Part shown: one piece after another, positions 38,264 through 50,632 of the stretch
How positions within the stretch are numbered: the stretch's first letter is position 1
Layout: each line of letters starts with the position of its first letter
Source of the DNA: Negaprion brevirostris
Lineage: Eukaryota
Reading direction: 5' to 3'
DNA length: 64,000 nt
Assembly: GCA_030324005.1 (NCBI GenBank)
Contig: JARDVH010000133.1
Location: 23,412,409 to 23,476,408 of the forward strand
Program-made: the position numbers and the translations under genes
Notes under the pieces: model-generated
Seen by the model: only the letters and a program-made list of their open reading frames with translations
Databases searched by the model: none
Told to the model about the DNA's origin: nothing

Positions 38264-39255
38264 TTTGTTGCTATATTTATTGAAGATTTTCATATATTTT
38301 ACATAGCAAACACAGATCCATATAGTGCTCACGTATACATTCCAATATGACTAGACACAGGGCTCCTTGTGGCCAGGGGACAAACCCCTGGTACCCTGGC
38401 AGCAACCCTGCCCAAGTCCTGTCTAATTGTACTCGGAACAGTGGTGATATTTTAAAAAAGGCAGAGGGATGCTGCTGCAGAACCAACTGAACGCTCAAGC
38501 AGCCCAGGCTATAAAACTAGCGAACAGAGAAATGAAAAAGACAGCAAAAAGGAGCAAGAGGGGGAAAAAGAATAACAAGTTTTCATGTTGGCCCCATATC
38601 TCGACAGGGCAGGCGTACTCAGGTAAAGTGGCAGGATGCGTCAACCAATCAGGGAGGGGTTTCTGTGAGAGCACCAATGGTCTTGTGGCCATTGGATATC
38701 TACTCACCCGGCCCCAATTGCAGCATCCTGACTGCGCTATAAGTAGTTGCCAGATCTTATAGAACCTAAGTGGACCAATGTAGCGTGCACTTCATCTTCT
38801 CCAGTTTAATGATATCTACCATCTCCTTCACCCACTGAGTGCATAGGGGTGCACCTAATTTCTATTAAAACAGGATTAGTCGCCCTGGCAAGTGTAACGA
38901 GAGCTACACAATCCACTTGGAATTTCAGCAGCAGCAGATTTAGAGGCACGATCCTAAACAGGGCAGCCTGGAGCTGGGGAGTTGGATGCACTAATCTAGC
39001 ATTGCCACAATTGTCTCAAATATCGACATCCATGATGAGCAAGCCTAGAACATATGTAAAAGGGTGGCAAGAACTTGCCGGCACCACTCAAATGGGGTTT
39101 GTGCCTGGGGACATTCTAGAGTCTAACCCAAGTTAGATATGTTCTGTGAAGGAATTTACATTGTATCACACCCAGCTTGGTACATATTGAGGAGTGTACG
39201 CGATGTAGCACCATGTCGCAACTCCTCCCCAGATGTCGTTCCCATAAGGATTTAA
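38264..39255 (-). mobile_element. 5'-truncated L1-clade LINE with poly(A) signal and 15-bp target duplication
   Basis: Direct repeat ACCAGATCAACTTTT at 38249-38263 and 39256-39270. Minus translation KSLWERHLG..HSSICTKLGVIQCKFLHRTYLT..ATLLHMF..WVKEMVDIIKLEK matches the fish-type L1 ORF2 C-terminus; AATAAA at 38276-38281 (minus) and A-rich tail. Confidence 0.85.
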
Positions 39256-41074
39256 ACCAGATCAACTTTTGACTGCATCCCTATATGCCCAGGTGAGAAA
39301 TCTGGAGTGCACTATTTAATAAAACTTTCGTCAATTAGAAAATTCAGCTTGCCAAAACCAGATGAGAAACCAAATATTTACACAAATTCCTTTGTAAATA
39401 TTTGCGATGGCAATTATGAAAAGCTTTATAAGAAGGTAGGAGTACATGTATCCATTAAAACCTTCACATATGGAATCTGTTTCAAGTGAAATTTAAAATA
39501 CAAAGATTCTGTTCTAGTAATTGTAGAAATCAATAAATTGCATTTCTGTATTTGTTACTCAGCTTAAAGAAATTCCTGGTTTTTAATAATGGTTTTCTGA
39601 TATGCCAAATGTGGAGGTTGCATGAACTCATTAACCTGTGGTTTTCAACTTGTGATTAGAAGGCAGAAAACTTATCAGAATATGGTCCAGATGCAAGGCA
39701 GCCGGTCACATTCAGGATCACATTTAAGTGTTTTCAAAAAGCTCCAACTTTTCTTAAAATGGTTACTTACCATTGCTCTTCATTAAAGACCCAAGATTGT
39801 GAACTTGCTTTGAGCACTAATATTTTTTCCAAGTGTTCAGATAGCCCACAATGCCATTTATGTCCATGTTTCAGGAGGGGTTCAATAATTGATATATTTT
39901 GGTTATGTAATTTTAGCCAAGTTTTGTTTTGCTGGATGATGTTCTGAAGATTCTTCTTTGTGAACATAATAATGGAGGGGGGATTAAGTCTTTCATCCTA
40001 TCCTACTTCTGCTACAGGAGAAAAAAACTGACTTCTCTTCAAGGAGGGTGCATAAAAAAAAATTAAGTTGTCAAAAAGGAATATCCAGCCTGAATTAATC
40101 TGGAATAAAAACAGGAATTGCTAGAACTACTCAACAGGCATCTGTAGCATGAAAAACAAAGTTAAGGTTTCAAGTTAATAACCTGTGCTAGAAAAAAAGA
40201 GAGCCAGGTTAATGATAGGGTGAATGTAAAGAAAGACTAAAAGACAAAAGAATGATGGTGCGAAAGACTGTAGAAAGGGAACATGTAAGAAACAAGAGGT
40301 ATAAATGGGAGTAGGAAAACTACCAATATCTCCTGTCTGGAAAAAAAAATGAGGTTGTGTTATAATTTGAAGTTGAAGAGAGATTGTAGTGGGAGATAAA
40401 ATGACAGGGAAATGGAATTTTTATTTCAAAATTACACCATTCACAGTACTTTGTTTTGTTCACGTTCATCTGCAAATCAGTTTATACTTTCCCTTTTCTG
40501 TCTCATTGGTAACCTTTAGAATTAAGACACAAACAGCATAATGCTACAAAATATCAATACAAAGTGGTTCTGATGTGCATCAATGGTAGTGGTATGACTC
40601 AAAATTAAGTAATCTTACATTAGTTTGTTTCCCATTGATTGAGAGTTTAACTTTACAATTACAAAGTTATGTTTCAAAAGGTTCCTTTAGGCCTCCTGGA
40701 CAAAATTAGCTACCTAAAGTTAGAACTCCACCCACACCCAGACAGAACATCTTTTGCCACCAAGTTCAGTGCGACTTAGAACGAGCTCAGGTGATCAGTA
40801 TAACTTGGGTAGTTTTGCATTGCACTATACAGATAACCATATTTGCAGAAGAATGACATCCAATGACAAAAGCAACAGGTTATATATATAGCCAGTGCAC
40901 CTGAAGGACCCCTTATTTGTATCACACCATCCTGCAACCACTTCCCAGAAAGAGTCTTAATTTTTTTCCATCAAAATCAATACAAAACACAAACCTTGTA
41001 AATACTCTACCATTTCTGTACATGAACATAATGGAGCACGTGCCTGAGACGGCCAACAAATGACTCGATGTCTA

Positions 41075-41540
41075 AGATGGAAACAGTGCAGATTTACCAA
41101 GAATGGTACCAGGGCTGAGGGACTTGATGTTTTGCAGACTGGGGCTGTTTTTCATATAGCAGATTAGGTTAAGGGAAGGATTAATAGAATTGCTCAAAAA
41201 AAAGTAAAAGTTATTGACACAAGCAGAAAGATTAACCGCTGCCACTTGCAGAGGGTCAGTAATGAGAGTTCACGGATTCAAGATAATTTGTAATTTAAAA
41301 AAATCTAGGTGCAGTGAATTGCTATGAGCCAGATGGCACCATGTGAAATGGTGGTGAAAGCAAATTCAATGGTAATCTTCAAAAGATGCTTCCATATATT
41401 CCTGAAGCAATATTTTCAACATTTGTTTTGTGGCAGGGGGGGCAGGGAAAGAGTATGAATGGAATAGTTCTTTCAAATGTTCAGCAAAGGCACAATGGGT
41501 TGAAAGGCCTCCTTCAGTACTATAGGATTCCATGAACTAG
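41075..41540 (+). mobile_element. Degraded CR1 3' fragment
   Basis: GTGCAGATTTACCAAGAATGGTACCAGGGCTGAGG and tail ATGGGTTGAAAGGCCTCCTTCAGTACT..GATTCCATGA. Confidence 0.55.
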
Positions 41541-42094
41541 TTTGGATAAGTGCTTGAAGAGAAGATATTAATCAATGAGGGACAAACAGCATTCATCCAA
41601 GAGGCAAGACAACAACTATAAAACATTGCTCGTCTCCTAGTTCTACAACAAAGCGTTAATTTTGCAGTTAAGTGGCAGCTAATTCTCAGCCTCCGAATAG
41701 CCATCAGTGCACTTCTCAATGTAACTTAAATGAAATAGTGGAAGTGTGAAACTGTGGGTCAAGATAAATCCGCTTACCCTATTAAGACACATAATACTGC
41801 ATAACACGCAATAATCTCTTTAATGTTGAAAATTTAAACAATCCAATTAATTCTGTACAAATCCAAAGTAAATACATGCACTTTGCTATTTTATGGCACC
41901 ATTTTAAACTTCATTTTAAAACAAGAGCAAAAATATTCTGCACTGGTCATTGTCCCAAAATGTCCAACAGTAATATTGAGTATTACTAGATAGTCATTCC
42001 ATTGTTCTTTTTGTACAACAGTTCAGTCACTTCATGCACCAAGAGCTGTAAACTGTATGAAAGGAAGGCATTCCCCAACAGCTTACAATCTGTC

Positions 42095-42673
42095 TTATCC
42101 AAAATGAGAACTAGTAGGGTGCAGCGCATCTCCTTGGTCCAGCTGATCCTGCAGTTGGGCAAGTACATCCAATTCCCTTTCGACTCTCTCTGTTTTGTGG
42201 CTTACCAATGATCGATAGAAGTGAACTGCAAATATAATGAAAATTAATCCAAAGGGTACCATAATTGTTGTGGATGTAATAGCTGCAGCTTCTCCAGATG
42301 ACAGAGTTCCATCGTCTCCAGATGGTACTGATGTACAATTACTATCTTTAACCACTGGATGATTCTTTAATGGGAGAAACTTAACCCAACAAAGCAGCAC
42401 AACCTCTGCAAGAAAAAGCAAGGTCCCAATGACTGTGGAGAAAGCCCATGCGAGTTCAATATGCCTGTGCATTCGCTCATGGGGTGATTCATGAACAGAA
42501 TTGAGATTGTGAACGTTGCTGACAGCCTCTATGTGTGGAAGAATGCAAGTGCTTATCATGAGAGCAAAAAGGTGCACTGCAACGAGCACAGTAGTGCAGG
42601 CGCTGAAGGCTATCAAGAGACCTTGTGGGTACAAGCCGGTCCTTGAATCAAGCTGCACCTCAACCATAGCTAC
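42095..42673 (-). CDS. ORAI1: Calcium release-activated calcium channel protein 1, coding exon 2
   Basis: Acceptor TTTTTAG then VAMVEVQLD...[28 protein letters not shown]...[35 protein letters not shown]...[22 protein letters not shown]...LQDQLD, stop TAA. Equivalents of E106, H134, E190, C195, P245 and the LVSHK nexus are present; position next to MORN3 supports ORAI1 over ORAI2. Confidence 0.97.
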   Translation of the reverse strand, partial: VAMVEVQLDSRTGLYPQGLLIAFSACTTVLVAVHLFALMISTCILPHIEAVSNVHNLNSVHESPHERMHRHIELAWAFSTVIGTLLFLAEVVLLCWVKFLPLKNHPVVKDSNCTSVPSGDDGTLSSGEAAAITSTTIMVPFGLIFIIFAVHFYRSLVSHKTERVERELDVLAQLQDQLDQGDALHPTSSHFG

Positions 42674-42996
42674 CTAAAAACAAGAGAAAAAAAATCAGTT
42701 GTTCAAGTTTGGAAAAGGTACATGAGGCACATTGCTGAGTTAATGTTTTATACCTCCCCACCCCACCCTCAGCACTCAGTTTTTCTTCATTCTTGGCTCT
42801 CATATTCATGTTCTTATTTCACCCTTCCCTGGGGCATTAAGTCACAATCCTAACAAAAGGGAGACTTCTACAGGTTAGCAGCGTCACTCCAAGCAATGCC
42901 AGCTCACTGGTAAAGATCCATAGTGCCCAAATTAATACTTCCATACCCGAGAAGAGGCACACCAGCAATCTGCCATGTCACACTCCAATTTAATTT

Positions 42997-43410
42997 CATA
43001 GAAATAGAGAAACCGTACAATGCAAGAGGAGGCCATTCAGCTCATTGACTCTGCACCAACAATCTCTATAAACACACATATTTACCCTGCTAATCCCTTT
43101 AACCTGCACACCCCATGACACTAAGAGGCAAATTTAGCTGGTCAATGCACCTAACCAGCACATCTTTGGACTGTGGGAGGAAACCGGAGCACCTGGGAGG
43201 GAANNNNNNNNNNNNNNNNNNNNNNNNNNNNNNNNNNNNNNNNNNNNNNNNNNNNNNNNNNNNNNNNNNNNNNNNNNNNNNNNNNNNNNNNNNNNNNNNN
43301 NNNAAAGACAGAGGGAGAATGTGCAAACTCGTCACGGAGTGACCCAACCAAGAATCGAACCCAGGTCCCTGGAGCTGTGAGGCAACAGTGCTAAGAACTG
43401 TGCCACCCTG
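42997..43410 (-). mobile_element. V-SINE, tail type A
   Basis: Same head, V-domain and tail as 4438-4777; contains a gap. Confidence 0.8.
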
Positions 43411-43998
43411 ACATTTCACCAAGAGATGTGTAGGTTAGGCAAATTGGTCACTGCCCCTCAATGTGTTAAAATATTAAGGGAAAGGGGAAAAATTAAATAA
43501 AAGAAAGTGATACAGATCAACCATTATCTAATTGAACAGTACAGAACAAGCTAGGGTTTGACTGGCCTACACACTATTTCTACAAAAGTGCAGTGTTCCT
43601 ATAGCTGTAGGCTCTTGGAGTTCTTTGTGCCATTATTCCACTATAAGTATGTACAAAGTTTGAAACTGTGGTCTGGACTGAGTTTTCTGAGGGCAATGGT
43701 TAGGAGTGCTACAGTTGGCTTGGCACTCTTCAGTGAAAAGTTAGCCAAGACTTTCAATCGAAATCACTAACCAGTGACACTCTTCTGCAAGTCTGTATTT
43801 GTGAATGTTGAAGGGGACAAGATTGGTCGTGATGCCTTTTGTGGTTAAATAGCCTGCTATTCATTACTAAACCTCACGTGTTTGTAATTACCTCACAGTT
43901 AAACTTAAAAGGCAACAACCAAAATTACACTGAAAAAATGAGATAAGAGAGAGATTCAAATGTAAAAAAGAAAAAGAGTTCAGAAATGATATTTAAAA

Positions 43999-44137
43999 AA
44001 AGTTTATTTATTAGTGTCACAAGTAGGCTTACATTAATGCTGCAATGAAGTTACTGTGAAAATACCCGAGTCACCACACTCTGGCACCTGTTCGGGTACA
44101 CCAAGGGAGAGTTTAGCATTGTGCCACCATGCTGCCC
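43999..44137 (-). mobile_element. Internally deleted V-SINE (extreme 5' head fused to tail B)
   Basis: GGGCAGCATGGTGGCACA is joined directly to ATGCTAAACTCTCCC...TAATAAATAAACTTT. Confidence 0.75.
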
Positions 44138-44987
44138 AGACAAGATGAGCAGATTAGGTGCATTGGGGCAGTGACCAAAAGTTACCAATGCAAATTAACT
44201 GATTATTTAATTGTAGATAGGACTATTCAGTGCACAATTTTCTGTTGTAATTCCCCACATTAAAAATAGCGAATCTATTTTAAATTTACTTCACTGGAAC
44301 TTCTCAAAGTGCTTCACAGTCAAAGCAATGAAAGATGCCTAATAAATGGGATTTCCTTTTGCTTCTTCACAAACTTACTGTTGAAGCTATCTTAAACCAA
44401 ACCATTTACTGACTTCTGAAGGAAGCTGCTTCGGACTTAACCGCCACCCGGATACAGTCAAAGTCACACCATGACTGCAAGTCCAAGATAAGCTAGTGGG
44501 GATCACAGTCACAAAACAGATATCAGCTCCAACTGCAAATTAAACATAGATCTCATGGTTGTTGTGAAACTACTGAGCTAATGGTTTAAAAATGTTTGTT
44601 TGGTCAAACTGATTTGTTCTCGTACAATGAGCAGGTTTTAAAATGCACTGCATGGAAAGTTGGTTTTGTTGCATTTTTAATCTTTATTAATGTTTAAAAA
44701 GTAGTAACCTTATTTCAATTGATTTGTATGGCAATAATCTATTGTAGGCATTTCATTTCTGCATACTTGACTTCAAAAAACTATGAAAGCAAACACAGAT
44801 CTGTATCGAGGTGTAGCAAGCAGCCTTTCATCTCCACTTTATGTTTCACAGTAAACAAAAGGAAGTTGTGAAACAAACTATTGCTTCAGAACATTTATTA
44901 CTAGAAGTTTAAATGTCCATCTCATCTCTGGAGAGCCAAGAGTGAATCCAAATAGGTGGGAGGCAGGAGGGGGGTGTGGGTGGGTGG

Positions 44988-45149
44988 TGGTGGAATTTTC
45001 TTGTCCTGCCTGCCACAGGAATTGTAGCAGGTGGTTTGGGGGCAGGGGCAGGGGCAGGGGCAGGGGGAGGGGGCAACCAGGCAAAGTTCTGTTGGCCTCA
45101 GGTGGAATTTTCCGGTTTTGGAGGAAAATGCAGCCAGAAAATCCTACCA
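44988..45149. mobile_element. Harbinger-like MITE with internal (GGGGCA)n
   Basis: Inverted termini TGGTGGAATTTTCT / AGAAAATCCTACCA, similar to 12967-13092. Confidence 0.5.
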
Positions 45150-45409
45150 CTGAGCCCAACATTTTTAGTATCAGTTGAATGACCCCAACTCTACAACCAC
45201 ACTGAACCGTTATCAATCTTATTTTTGCTGAGGGTATGTTTGAAATGGTGGGCAGGGATGGCACAGTGGCAGGGAAGAGGGCTTGTCCTTCCCTATTCTT
45301 CCACTCAAAGATACTTAAACCCTGTACACAACTTGCATCCCAAAGCAAAAAAAAAGCAAAAATCTTGCAACGTGAAGGAAAAAACATGAACGTTAAACAA
45401 GAGGGAAAT

Positions 45410-45721
45410 TCACAGAATCTCAAACAGGCCATTTGGCCCATTGAGTCTGCACCAACCACAATCTCACCCATGCCCTACCCCAATATCCATACATTTTTAC
45501 CCACTAATCTTTCTAATCTAAGCATCTCAGGAGCAATTTTAGCATGGCCAAATCAACCTATCCCGCACATCTTTGGACTGCGGGAAGAAACCAGAGCACC
45601 CAAAGAAATCCATGCAGACACAAGGAGAACGTGCAAACTCCACACAGACAGTGACCCATGCCGAAAATCAAACCCAGGTCCCTGGAGCTGTGAAGCAGCA
45701 GTGCTAACCACTGTGCTGCCT
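45410..45721 (-). mobile_element. V-SINE, tail type A
   Basis: Homologous to 4438-4777 over its length. Confidence 0.8.
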
Positions 45722-47492
45722 TAAAATTGTTGATATGGTTTTGGGGTAGTAATGCAACATCCAAGGAATTGGTCACTTGGAAGCAGAAAGAGNNNNNNNN
45801 NNNNNNNNNNNNNNNNNNNNNNNNNNNNNNNNNNNNNNNNNNNNNNNNNNNNNNNNNNNNNCCATTTGAAGTCCGAGAAATGGAAATTGGGTACGGGGAC
45901 CAAAGTCCAAATGCTTCCTTCTACTTCAATAAATTCATTGTTGCAAAGTGAAAATCCTGGAACTCAGTGCAAAAGGCTGCAGCAGTTCAAGGTGGTGGCT
46001 CAGCACCACCTTCTCAAGAACAATTGGGATGTGGAATAATTGCAATGCACAAGAACAAATAAAAGGTATTCAAGTAGAGGCAGAGGCAACTGGGTCTCTG
46101 ACCACCACATGGTGACTCCAACTTCCACTTCTGAGCCAAGCTTCCACCTACCTTGTACTCCTTGGTTTGTCCTGTAATTATCCAGTCTTTGTGAAACTTG
46201 TTTTATTTGCGATTATTTTCAGTTTCTTGAGTATCCAACAACCCCTTCTCATCACCAAGGTTGCTGACAGCACAAACCTGTTTTTACCTTTCAATAATGT
46301 TCATTAAATCTCAAAATGGTCGCCCTCAATCTCCAAAGTTCTGGAACCATTCTTGCCTTGGAATGAATGCTCTCACCTCTCTCCTAGTACCTCCTATCCA
46401 ACATCTGCTTCAATTTCTGACTGGCAAGCTCACCTAAAAGCAGTCAATTTCCATATGTATGCAAATCACCCTACATCCCTCAATTTCTACCCTATCAATC
46501 CCAAATCTCACTCATTAAATCTCTTCAAAGTTTAATTTCTGAAGTGTTTTCTTAGTCAACCTCCTTACTTCCACAAATGATAATGGATTTAGTTCACCGT
46601 ACCTTGTTAAAAATTGCACCCATTTTCCCAATGCCCCAGATCTTATTTCTCACTTTGCTTGTCCAATTTCCTGCTTTACTATTGTTGGCCTCATCCTCGG
46701 CCATCACACTCCTCCTTTCAATTCTCTTCTCCATTTCTGCTTTCAAAATGTTTAAAAACGCCAAATTCTCTCACTTCCCCCTCCCAACCTCAAGCATTTA
46801 TTCCATGTTGTAAAACACTTCTTTTCAACCATAGCAGCACTATGATATAAAAATGAAAATTGCTTGCAGGATTTTCCATTATGGTATATTTTTAAACTGA
46901 ATTCTGAGTTGTCACTGTATCAGAGACCATTCTTAATGCAACTTTAACCAAGCTTGGCTTTAGCTGAAACTTCAAAGTATTTCCTATTGTTCAGACGTTG
47001 GTAAAGATATGTGACAGAGCGTCAATCCAAATGAGTCACCCAAGAATCAGTCGTTGAAAATGCAAACATTCACAAAGCATGTCCACATCAAAAATGCACT
47101 CAACATTACCTTCTCTCTCCTTCTCCATCTGCCCCACCCCCCAAAAAAATCAGTTCTTTTTTTTTCTAAAAATGGATTGCACAATCTGTTTTCCTTCGCT
47201 CATGTAATGTTTCCTGACACTGCATGACTTCCTCTGCAACTGTATGACAAGAGCTATAATTGAAATCAAGAGACAAATGAAACAACAGCCACGGGGGATT
47301 TAACTTTGAACACAATCTCAAAGTTGCAGATTCAGTGGCACAAGTCTGAGCCAAAATTCACGGCCACCCTAAAAATTACTCACAAAAGGAGACCTTTGAC
47401 TTTGTCAATTCGGGGTATTTTGAAAATCCATTAAAATGAAACAGAAAAATTGAAACGTTTGAACTTTTTGTCCATATTATTTTGAATATGTA

Positions 47493-47506
47493 CCACTAGG
47501 TGGTGC
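47493..47506 (+). promoter_or_regulatory. Candidate CTCF site in the ORAI1 intron
   Basis: CCACTAGGTGGTGC versus core consensus CCASYAGRKGGCRS (one mismatch). Confidence 0.4.
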
Positions 47507-48793
47507 TGGCTCCAAATAATGTTTTATTCTAGTAATCAGGCAAAGATGATAGCTTTAGCCCCTCACCACAACCATCCTCATCCCATCACAGAATGATGCA
47601 GCCAACACAGCAGGCTGCCATTTGGTCAATCATGCTTGCTCTTTGAAAGAACTACCCAAAGATGATTAGCTGGAGGAAGTTGTGCAAGGCTCTTTAACTC
47701 ATCCAAGATTGGCTGTCGGATATGCAGATCGTCAGACCAGCAGCCCGATAATAGAATTAGCAAAAAAAAAAGTCAAATGAGGTGGTATGAAAGTGGAGTC
47801 TGATGTCAAAATACTTGCAAAAGTTGACTCATTAGCTGATGTGACTCAGGGATCGAATATGGATGAGGAAGTGGAGGCAAAGGATACATCTTTGGAACTT
47901 AAATAGTGGGAGCAAATGATGATTGTCCAACTGTGCTGTGTAAACTGGGGAGAAATGTTAGAGGACTAAATCAAAGATAGGAGAGATTGAGGAACAGTAG
48001 AGACCGTGGCCACAGTCACAGAATGTCAATTGATTATTTCTGTGCAAAGGCAAGACAGAAACCTGATCTGACATACTCAAGGCAGGAAGTTGGGTGGTGG
48101 GTATGGAAGAAGAGGCACAGACTGGAAATTTAATGTACATGTCTTGAGAAAAGAGATACAGGGTGATTGATTCCTGTACAATGCAAACTGTGATCAAGAA
48201 AATAGGAGATCATGCTCATGTACAAAGGTGAGTTCAGAGGGAATAAGGAGTGATGGAAGAGAAACTAGTGATAGAAGTGGGGGTTCATCTGAACTTTAAT
48301 GCCAGAGCGTATTAATGCTTTTTTCTGCAAAGAACGTTTGCATATTATTGATCAATCTGGCAAGAATCAAATATATTTTGGAATTATTTTCAATAATCAT
48401 GTTCAAAAGCAGAATAGCTAAAAATGTTATGCTAAACTAGATAAACCTTGGAAAAATGCCAACTTCAGCATGATGATTTTCCCATTTGATGAAGGAAATA
48501 CTTCTCTGCATAGGTTAAGCATCAACAACTGAGCGTGCACCTTCAGTCACTTGGGACATTTTTAAATGTACAGACTAAGTCCAGTAGTTAGAGTGAAGAG
48601 TGGGAAAAAAAAGAGGGTATTGTTACTGATACACATCAATTCTTTTTAGCATCGCATATTGCATAAGTTGTAGCTTCTTATAAAACTGCTCTGCTGATTA
48701 AAGCTTTCAAATTATGAACATTCAATTGTATTATCACCATGAATATATTTACATACTAATATATTACCCATTTTTCAATTCCTAATTCAGGGA

Positions 48794-49103
48794 ATCAAAC
48801 TACAGAATCCCTTCAGTGCAGTGGAGCCATCCAGCCCATTGAGTCTGCACCAGATCTCCAAAAAACCATCTCCCTCAGGCCCACCTCACCCTATCCCTGC
48901 AACCATGGCTAATCCACCTATTATCTTTTTGGACGTTATGGGGCAATTTAGCATGGTCAATCCACCTAACCTACGCATCTTTGGACTGCAGGAGGAAACA
49001 CACACCGACACAGGGGGAACATGCAAATTTCACATAGTCCCCCAAGGCTGGAATCCAACCTGGATCCCTGGCACGTGAGGCAGCATCGCTAAGTGCTGTG
49101 CTA
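48794..49103 (-). mobile_element. V-SINE, tail type A (diverged)
   Basis: Homologous to the other type-A copies. Confidence 0.7.
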
Positions 49104-50518
49104 TTCTAAAGTTGAAAGACCTTGTCAGTACTGACAACTCTGCTAATTGATCTAAATGAGAAGCCATTACCGAAATCATTTTATAGTGTTTTCAAACCCA
49201 GTGATAGTCACATCAAAAGCAAGCACACATTTAAATCTGGGAACGTCAAGCAGCCAGTTTTCCCACTATTTACTGATCCACTGCATGAACATACATCTGG
49301 ACATCAGCTGTTATAGTCCCTACAAAGAGCCTGATTTAATACACTTAGGAATAAATTTACACTAATAGGCTTCTGCGGCCTATGGGACTTTACCCAAGTG
49401 ATTGCAGCGAGGCAATCAGGATTTTATATACCTGACATCTTACAACTAATCAGTGTTGATATTAGTCCCACAAATCAGTAATTGCAAACAAAATAGAAAC
49501 TCAGAAGAATATCTAGATAAGAATATACAAGAAAAAATTTAATGAAATAATGGCTATAATTATTGAATAAGTTTGCCCACAATATACACAACCTAGAACC
49601 TTCATTCTCCAAGCAGAATATACTAAACTCATGCCACATACAGTACATTAAAAATGCAAATTTGCTAAACGCTGTTTTAAACTTAAAATATAATAATACA
49701 GAAAAAAGACGTTTTCTTACGTGGGTATTTAACTATTGATATTAAAAAAAAAACAAACTTCTGAAAAACTGGNNNNNNNNNNNNNNNNNNNNNNNNNNNN
49801 NNNNNNNNNNNNNNNNNNNNNNNNNNNNNNNNNNNNNNNNNNNNNNNNNNNNNNNNNNNNNNNNNNNNNNNNNNNNNNNNNNNNNNNNNNNNNNNNNNNN
49901 NNNNNNNNNNNNNNNNNNNNNNNNNNNNNNNNNNNNNNNNNNNNNNNNNNNNNNNNNNNNNNNNNNNNNNNNNNNNNNNNNNNNNNNNNNNNNNNNNNNN
50001 NNNNNNNNNNNNNNNNNNNNNNNNNNNNNNNNNNNNNNNNNNNNNNNNNNNNNNNNNNNNNNNNNNNNNNNNNNNNNNNNNNNNNNNNNNNNNNNNNNNN
50101 NNNNNNNNNNNNNNNNNNNNNNNNNNNNNNNNNNNNNNNNNNNNNNNNNNNNNNNNNNNNNNNNNNNNNNNNNNNNNNNNNNNNNNNNNNNNNNNNNNNN
50201 NNNNNNNNNNNNNNNNNNNNNNNNNNNNNNNNNNNNNNNNNNNNNNNNNNNNNNNNNNNNNNNNNNNNNNNNNNNNNNNNNNNNNNNNNNNNNNNNNNNN
50301 NNNNNNNNNNNNNNNNNNNNNNNNNNNNNNNNNNNNNNNNNNNNNNNNNNNNNNNNNNNNNNNNNNNNNNNNNNNNNNNNNNNNNNNNNNNNNAATTTGC
50401 ATTTCCTTAGTTATTTCAATCGGAGTTTTTTTTTTAAAAAAAGAGTGGCACAGGAAAAATAAAGCTTTTACTGGGAACAAGGGGTAGAAATGCAGTGAAT
50501 GTGAAAAGAAAAACTTAC

Positions 50519-50632
50519 CATGGCGAAGCCCGACAATAAAGCGGAGGTTCTGCTGGAGGCTTTGAGTTTGGCTCTGCTCAGATAGAGCTTTCTCCAGGAC
50601 AGAGCCTGCATCGAGTGCTCGTTCAAGCTCAT
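50519..50632 (-). CDS. ORAI1: ORAI1 coding exon 1 (38 codons)
   Basis: ATG at 50632; [38 protein letters not shown] then GTAAG donor. Phase-0 join to exon 2 gives GFAM|VAMVE, the conserved Orai intron position. Confidence 0.97.

Noticed and set aside
36000-42094. Specific poly(A) sites for MORN3 and ORAI1
   Set aside because: Several AATAAA/ATTAAA hexamers occur on both strands in AT-rich DNA; none can be singled out without transcript data.
44878-45724. ORFs of 197 and 162 aa
   Set aside because: They are made of MITE, low-complexity and V-SINE sequence with no protein-like motif; similar peptides recur at every SINE copy.
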